Notes under the pieces: model-generated | What the model was told of the DNA's origin: nothing | What the model saw: only the letters and a program-made list of their open reading frames with translations | Database searches by the model: none | Shown here: positions 49,490 through 64,000 of the stretch, one piece after another | How positions within the stretch are numbered: position 1 is the stretch's first letter | Layout of the letters: every line of letters starts with the position of its first letter | Source of the DNA: Schmidtea polychroa | Taxonomy: Eukaryota | Assembly (NCBI GenBank): GCA_044892525.1 | Contig: CM097885.1 | Span: 26,040,001 to 26,104,000 of the forward strand | Direction: 5' to 3' | Length of the DNA stretch: 64,000 bases | Position numbers and translations under genes: made by a program

Positions 49490-50875
49490 CTGATATTTGA
49501 AGATCCTCACTACAAAAATAACTATATAAATCACAGTTTTCCTTAGTCAAAACACCGAAAAATTGTATGTTAAGAGGTGCTAATACCCGTGTGGCCAGAA
49601 ACGAATTAGGTTATTCGAAATGACTGGATAATTTGATTTTAATAAAATTAATTAATTGGTTTAACGCTGATATTTTTTCTGAGTAATAGGATTTTTGTAA
49701 ATTGAGATTAAAAAGTGGCGATAAAGGAGAATGAACAGGCCTAAATGTTAAAGCACGGATTGAGGTTATGATAATAGAGGTAAAATAATCGTCAAATATA
49801 AAACTATAAATGAAATTGCAAATAATGTTCAGTTACCCGACGCACTTAAATCAAAAATAAACGAACAGATCCAATTAATGAAAGATACATTGAATAGTTA
49901 GAAAATACGCGAGTTGATATACTTAAATCTGATTAATTAGTAACAAGTAAATTGAATGCAGTGACTAACTTCAAATCGGGAGGGCAAAGATGTTAAGCTT
50001 CGAATAAATTACTTTAATTCATTTCCTTTTTAGTAAACAGCATTTTAGAGGGTTTCCGAAACGAAATCGCCCGATATGTGAAGAATGTAGATTGTGCCTC
50101 GAATTAATTTTATTCCGACTGAGATGAGGACTTACAAAGGAACCACATTAAAATTTTCATTTGTATTTTGGGCGACTCAACAAAAATGGTTCTAATAATA
50201 TTCTGATTGGCTCACCTTTGATCCTCCTACACGAGGTCGATGTAATTATGTTGTATATGAAAATAAAATCGTGATATTTTCATGTAAAATAATTTGAAGA
50301 GCCATTGCAAGCCTGTCAAAAAATATTTCGGGACAGCCGAATGTTTGTTGTTTCACATGTGTAAACCCGTCATTGTAAATCATTATTTTTAGATAGGAAA
50401 TAAAGTACTTAAAAATACTTCTACACTATGCCAAGATAAACATGATGTGTATGAAAGTATTTACATGCAAAATAAATTTGTAGGGCCATGGCGAGTCTGT
50501 TACATATAAAAGATGTTTTGGGACAGCCGAATTGCGTATATGTTAGTAATTGAAAGTGTGTGCTTGCGTATGTAAATATTTATAGACAGTCACTATAAAA
50601 ATAATTTTTATTCTTCAACAGGAAATAAAGTACTTAGACAACATTTTCATAATGTGTATCCATGTGTCTTTTATAAATTTTCATATTTAACGGATTTGTA
50701 TTTTCTCTAACTTATTTTATTCCTTAAAATTTTTATTCTTCCATCAATTTTCTCAATCTTCATTTTTTGCAAGGGGAAATAATAACAATGAATACCATTA
50801 TCCTACTCGTTAAAAGTCAGTATATGAGATTCTCAATCAATTGGAAATGTAACCGACAAAATTATTTATTTTAAA

Positions 50876-59942
<9,067 letters not shown>

Positions 59943-60426
59943 CTGTTAAATTATATAAATAATACAATATATAATTTCATTTAAAAGTTTTGGAGATGTT
60001 AGACAATTGAAATCAATGAAAATAGTTTGAAATATTATCAGCTAGGCAACATATATTACCTAAATTTTTCTGGATGAGGCGTCGTTTAATGTTTCTTGCT
60101 TTCAGTGTAACACGATAGTTTACGTCTTAAATCATTAGAATATAACTTATTAATATTAATTATTTGTACTTCCAATGATTGTTACTATAATAGAACTTCC
60201 ATTCAATATAACTCGGTTTCTACACATTTCAAACCTTATACAATATTATTTATTGCGAGGATATTTACCAATACACCAAAGCACAATTGAAAAGAGTTTA
60301 AATATCATAAATTTAGAGTTTCAATAACTTTAAAAAATACCCATTTGAATGGAATAAAAACTTCTATAATATTAAAAAATCAACAAAGTTATACACCACC
60401 ACGTTGCAATTGATAAAAATAGTCTA

Positions 60427-61446
60427 TGTTATTGTTGAGGATACTTAAATAATAATTTACAAATAAATAAATAAAATTACCTAGAGGAAGGTCGTCATAA
60501 CAAACGGGACGATCTAGGGGAAATCAGAAAAGAAAACGGAAGCAAAAAGAAATGAGAAATGAGATGGGGGAGGAAACAAAAGAAATTAAACAAGAAAATA
60601 AAAACCAAAGTCAGTATTAATTAATTAGTACAAAAAGGAAAAGGAATTTCGAAAGTGGAAAAATAGAAAAACAACAATACTCTTATCTCGACAGCTTGTC
60701 AGTGATAACAGAATTGCTGAGAGAAGGCGGTTAAACAAAAAAGGGAAAATAGCTTGACAGCCGTCAGAGAAAAAAACACTTGATTATCTTTAGTGCCACA
60801 ATATAAGCAAGCTTTAAAAAGAGAAACTATAAGAGACAAAAGAAAACAAAATTAGAGACAAAGAGTGACGCGAAATTGAGACGAAACATGACAGAAAAAT
60901 TGAGACAAAAAGTGAAGCGAAATTAAGACAATTTGGGACGAATGTGACAATTGTGAGACGATTTGAGAGACAAACGTGGGAGAAAATTATTGGGAAAATT
61001 TAGACAACGTTGGACGAAACGTTGTTGGATAAACGATTTGTGAAAAATAATTGTAAAGAAAACGATTGTGGAGAATAATTATTGAAGAAGAGTTGAAGAA
61101 AAGAATTAGTTGAAAAATAAAACGAAAAGAAGTTATTTGAGTATTTGAGTAAATTTGTGAAGAAGATCAAAGAAAACAACGAGCTCAAAGTCCCAGTTGA
61201 TAAACCAATCAGTAATTAGTGATCTTTTAACCCGTGTTATACGCAAGTGCTATTCCTCACCGAGTGTTGTAATAAGCATTGTATAGTCACCAAGCAGAGT
61301 GTTGTATTGATTGTCAGTGTAAAGAGAAAGTTTATTTGTGATTATCAATAAAGATTTCTATTGTCAAGTGTTATTTGTGGATCGTATAAAGACTCGTTTG
61401 GAGTCATAGTAAGATTTAAATTTATCACCAACTCTATAACCCAACA
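60427..61446 (-). repeat. About 1-kb solo-LTR-like repeat, copy 2 (inverted relative to copy 1)
   Basis: TGTTATTG...CCCAACA termini; no TSD found. Confidence 0.7.
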
Positions 61447-61605
61447 TTATTAAAAAAATCAATAAATTATATTATAAGATAAATACAAACTCACCTATGT
61501 GCTAAAAATGCATTAGCAGTTACACCTGCTAATTTATTTTAGAATTCCAGAAAGGGTAGAACAATTATTGACTTTACCTTTCTTGAGTCAGTTGATCATT
61601 ATACT

Positions 61606-62028
61606 CAGGGCCGTAGCAAGGGTGGTGCGAGCGGTGCAGTCGCACAGGGCGCACATCTGAAAGGGGCGCAAAATTGGAATGTAACATTTTTTTAATGTTA
61701 CCAAAAAATAAAAAAATATAAATAAAATAAATAATCAAATGGCCTGCACGAAAAAAACGACACACTAACTAGCCTATCTTTAACATTGCTGATTGGACTG
61801 GTCCATTAGCGTGCCTTCGTAGGTGTGTATTTTGAAAAATGTTAGTCCACAATTAGCAACATAATTTTAAGAGCATTACTACCCATTATAATAGCTGGAG
61901 ATGAATACATAGTTAACAATCTCAACATGAATATTATAATTATTATAGTAGGCTGATTTGAATTCGAGTTTTAGGGGCGCCAGATATATGAACCGCACAG
62001 GGCACAATAATGCCTTGTTAGGCCCCTG
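61606..62028. mobile_element. hAT-type MITE
   Basis: CAGGGCCGTAGCAAGG...CCTTGTTAGGCCCCTG imperfect TIRs. Confidence 0.65.
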
Positions 62029-62633
62029 ATTAAACAAATCATATTTAAATAAATTTTATTTCAATAAAAGCCCCTTCTGAAGAGCATTGCGGGTCCTTTA
62101 AACAGGACGAGCGTCAACTGAGATCCAAAACTGACTTTTCTTCATTTGATATAAATGTTCACGTTCTGAGCCCTGATCTATTTTAAGGATCAAGACTTTT
62201 TTCGGATAAGTAAAATAAACTTTTGTATTTTGATCATTGTTATTTAATGCGTGTTTAAATTTGAATGGTTATTATTAATTTTTTCGGAATGCAGCAATAT
62301 CGTTTTATTGGGGGGGGGGGTTGTTTTGAATTTCATGTTGGATAATGTTTTGAATGTTGTCGCTGCTAAAGCTTTTGATGTTTCAATTAACTTTATTCGT
62401 ATTGATTTTGGAGGGTTGTAGGTTTGATAATCTTGGGCATTGGTAGTGTTTTCTTTAGTTTCTTTTATCTTTATCATTTATTACAAGTATATTTTTATAA
62501 CTTTTTAACTCATGACAACAAAAATAAAACAAAAAAATTAAAATTAAACCATCGCAATGCATAAAAAAGGAGCCATCACGAGACACAATTCGTAAAAATA
62601 TGTAATCTCTAATGCGAAACATTGTTTAATAAT

Positions 62634-62960
62634 AGTAGGTAGTTAGTAGTTCCCTGCAGCAAATTGCGGCAACTCGTTTTTTTATTACGTAGTTGCGGCA
62701 GGAAGCTACTCATATTTTTTTTAATACAAATAGAAGGGGCCTATAGAAAAAAGCCAGGATTTCTCTGACTATAGTCAGCAGCTCTCGATGGAACCTGAGA
62801 ATTTCAATAAAAAAAGGGTTTACACTAATTTTTAATGGAAATTTTTATGAAATAGTTTTTTGTAAGTCAATTTTAATGAAAATTTTAATCGAATAATTTT
62901 TTAAGACAATTTTAGCTACTACTTACTAATAATCAATATTTTAGTTTAAATTCTAAATTT
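62634..62960 (+). mobile_element. Left terminus of a second, diverged Polinton-family element
   Basis: Starts AGTAGGTAG and contains single diverged copies of the inverted 101-bp and 39-bp motifs of the first element's terminal region. Confidence 0.75.
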
Positions 62961-63586
62961 TTCCCAAAGTCTCTTATTAGAAACTTTGAACTTTGAAGAA
63001 AGACAAAAAGTTCCACTTTTATCCTATCCACGCTTATATGTCTATGCTTGATTGTTCTTGAAACTGGGTGATCTCTGTCATCCAATTCATGCTGATCTGA
63101 CAGAGGGTGTCAATGCGGATATCCTGTTCGATCTGCCGGATTCGTGCAACTGAGTGGCCAATGTCGGAGATGACTTGAACTTTAGACACTTGTCACCCCT
63201 CCAAATGGTATCAATATTGGTGAAATAATTAATAGTAGTGAAATGAACATCGAAGAATCATCAACTTTTTAGTATTAAAATAAAAGGACCTTAACGTGTA
63301 GAGATGATAAGCGAAATTGGGTGGAGGCATATGGCCATTATAGGGGAGGTGATACCGATGTATTCATAGATCCAACAGAAGATGTCCCGATGGCAGACTC
63401 CTACAGGCCGGCAGAAGAAGATCCGTCTAATTTCCATGATCCAGCAGGTGTTCATTATTTTGAACATGATTATTTTAGATGATGATGGAGAATATTGATT
63501 TAAAAAAATGAGAACGAACCATCGATCCCCTTCAGGGCCACCAATTATGATTGTGCAAAAATTGCGAAATCAATTAAAACCAAAAA

Positions 63587-63589
<3 letters not shown>

Positions 63590-63633
<44 letters not shown>

Positions 63634-63817
63634 GTGTATATTTAATGTGTATATTTAATGTGTATATTTAAAGTATAATATTTAGAAATATGTTTAATAA
63701 ATGTATAGGCTTGAATGTGAGAAGTACCCATAGGGGGACAGAATATCTTGTCGGATAAACTCGGAGTATATAATATTAATATTAATAATTGGTCGAGGGT
63801 CGAGGGTAGAGGATAGA

Positions 63818-63884
<67 letters not shown>
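63590..63884. repeat. Two (TA)n microsatellites (about 63590-63628 and 63821-63884)
   Basis: TA runs in the sequence. Confidence 0.95.
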
Positions 63885-63886
<2 letters not shown>

Positions 63887-64000
63887 CATCTGTTTATTTA
63901 TTTATTTGTGATCCTGGAATGCTCAAAGTTTACTACGGTTTTTTCCCAATTCATTATTTTTTACAATTTTTTAATAGCGCATTTTTGAAGACCATTTACC

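Noticed and set aside
62070-62120. CTGAAGAG...GTCCT-TTAAAC-AGGAC-GAGC as a hammerhead ribozyme
   Set aside because: The GAAA core is missing, there are extra unpaired bases before stem II and no convincing stems I/III; at best a decayed relic.

Overview
AT-rich animal genomic DNA (host introns measured here are mostly 45-51 nt; two N gaps). Bases 1-12111 are the right-hand part of a Polinton/Maverick (adintovirus-like) endogenous DNA virus. Its genes, in order, are: integrase C-terminus with chromodomain, two tandem minor-capsid (penton) paralogues, a small pVI-like protein, major capsid protein, adenain protease, small accessory genes and a frameshifted protein-primed PolB. A repeat-rich terminal region ends in ...CTACCTACT. 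The most notable observation is that two of these viral genes are invisible to the ORF track because each is split by an exactly 40-nt GT-AG intron: the adenain protease and a head-to-head partner of polB. A third small spliced unit is likely. A diverged second Polinton terminus begins at 62634. Host genes are a carotenoid oxygenase (3' seven exons; the Polinton probably sits in one of its introns), SAP18, a receptor-type tyrosine kinase domain and a partly duplicated unknown spliced gene. The rest is mostly transposon debris: hAT, Merlin, Tigger/pogo, piggyBac, Helitron, Penelope-like, MITEs and solo-LTR-like repeats. There is also one intact orphan ORF starting MGCCCS. All calls come from motif recognition by eye; no searches were run.
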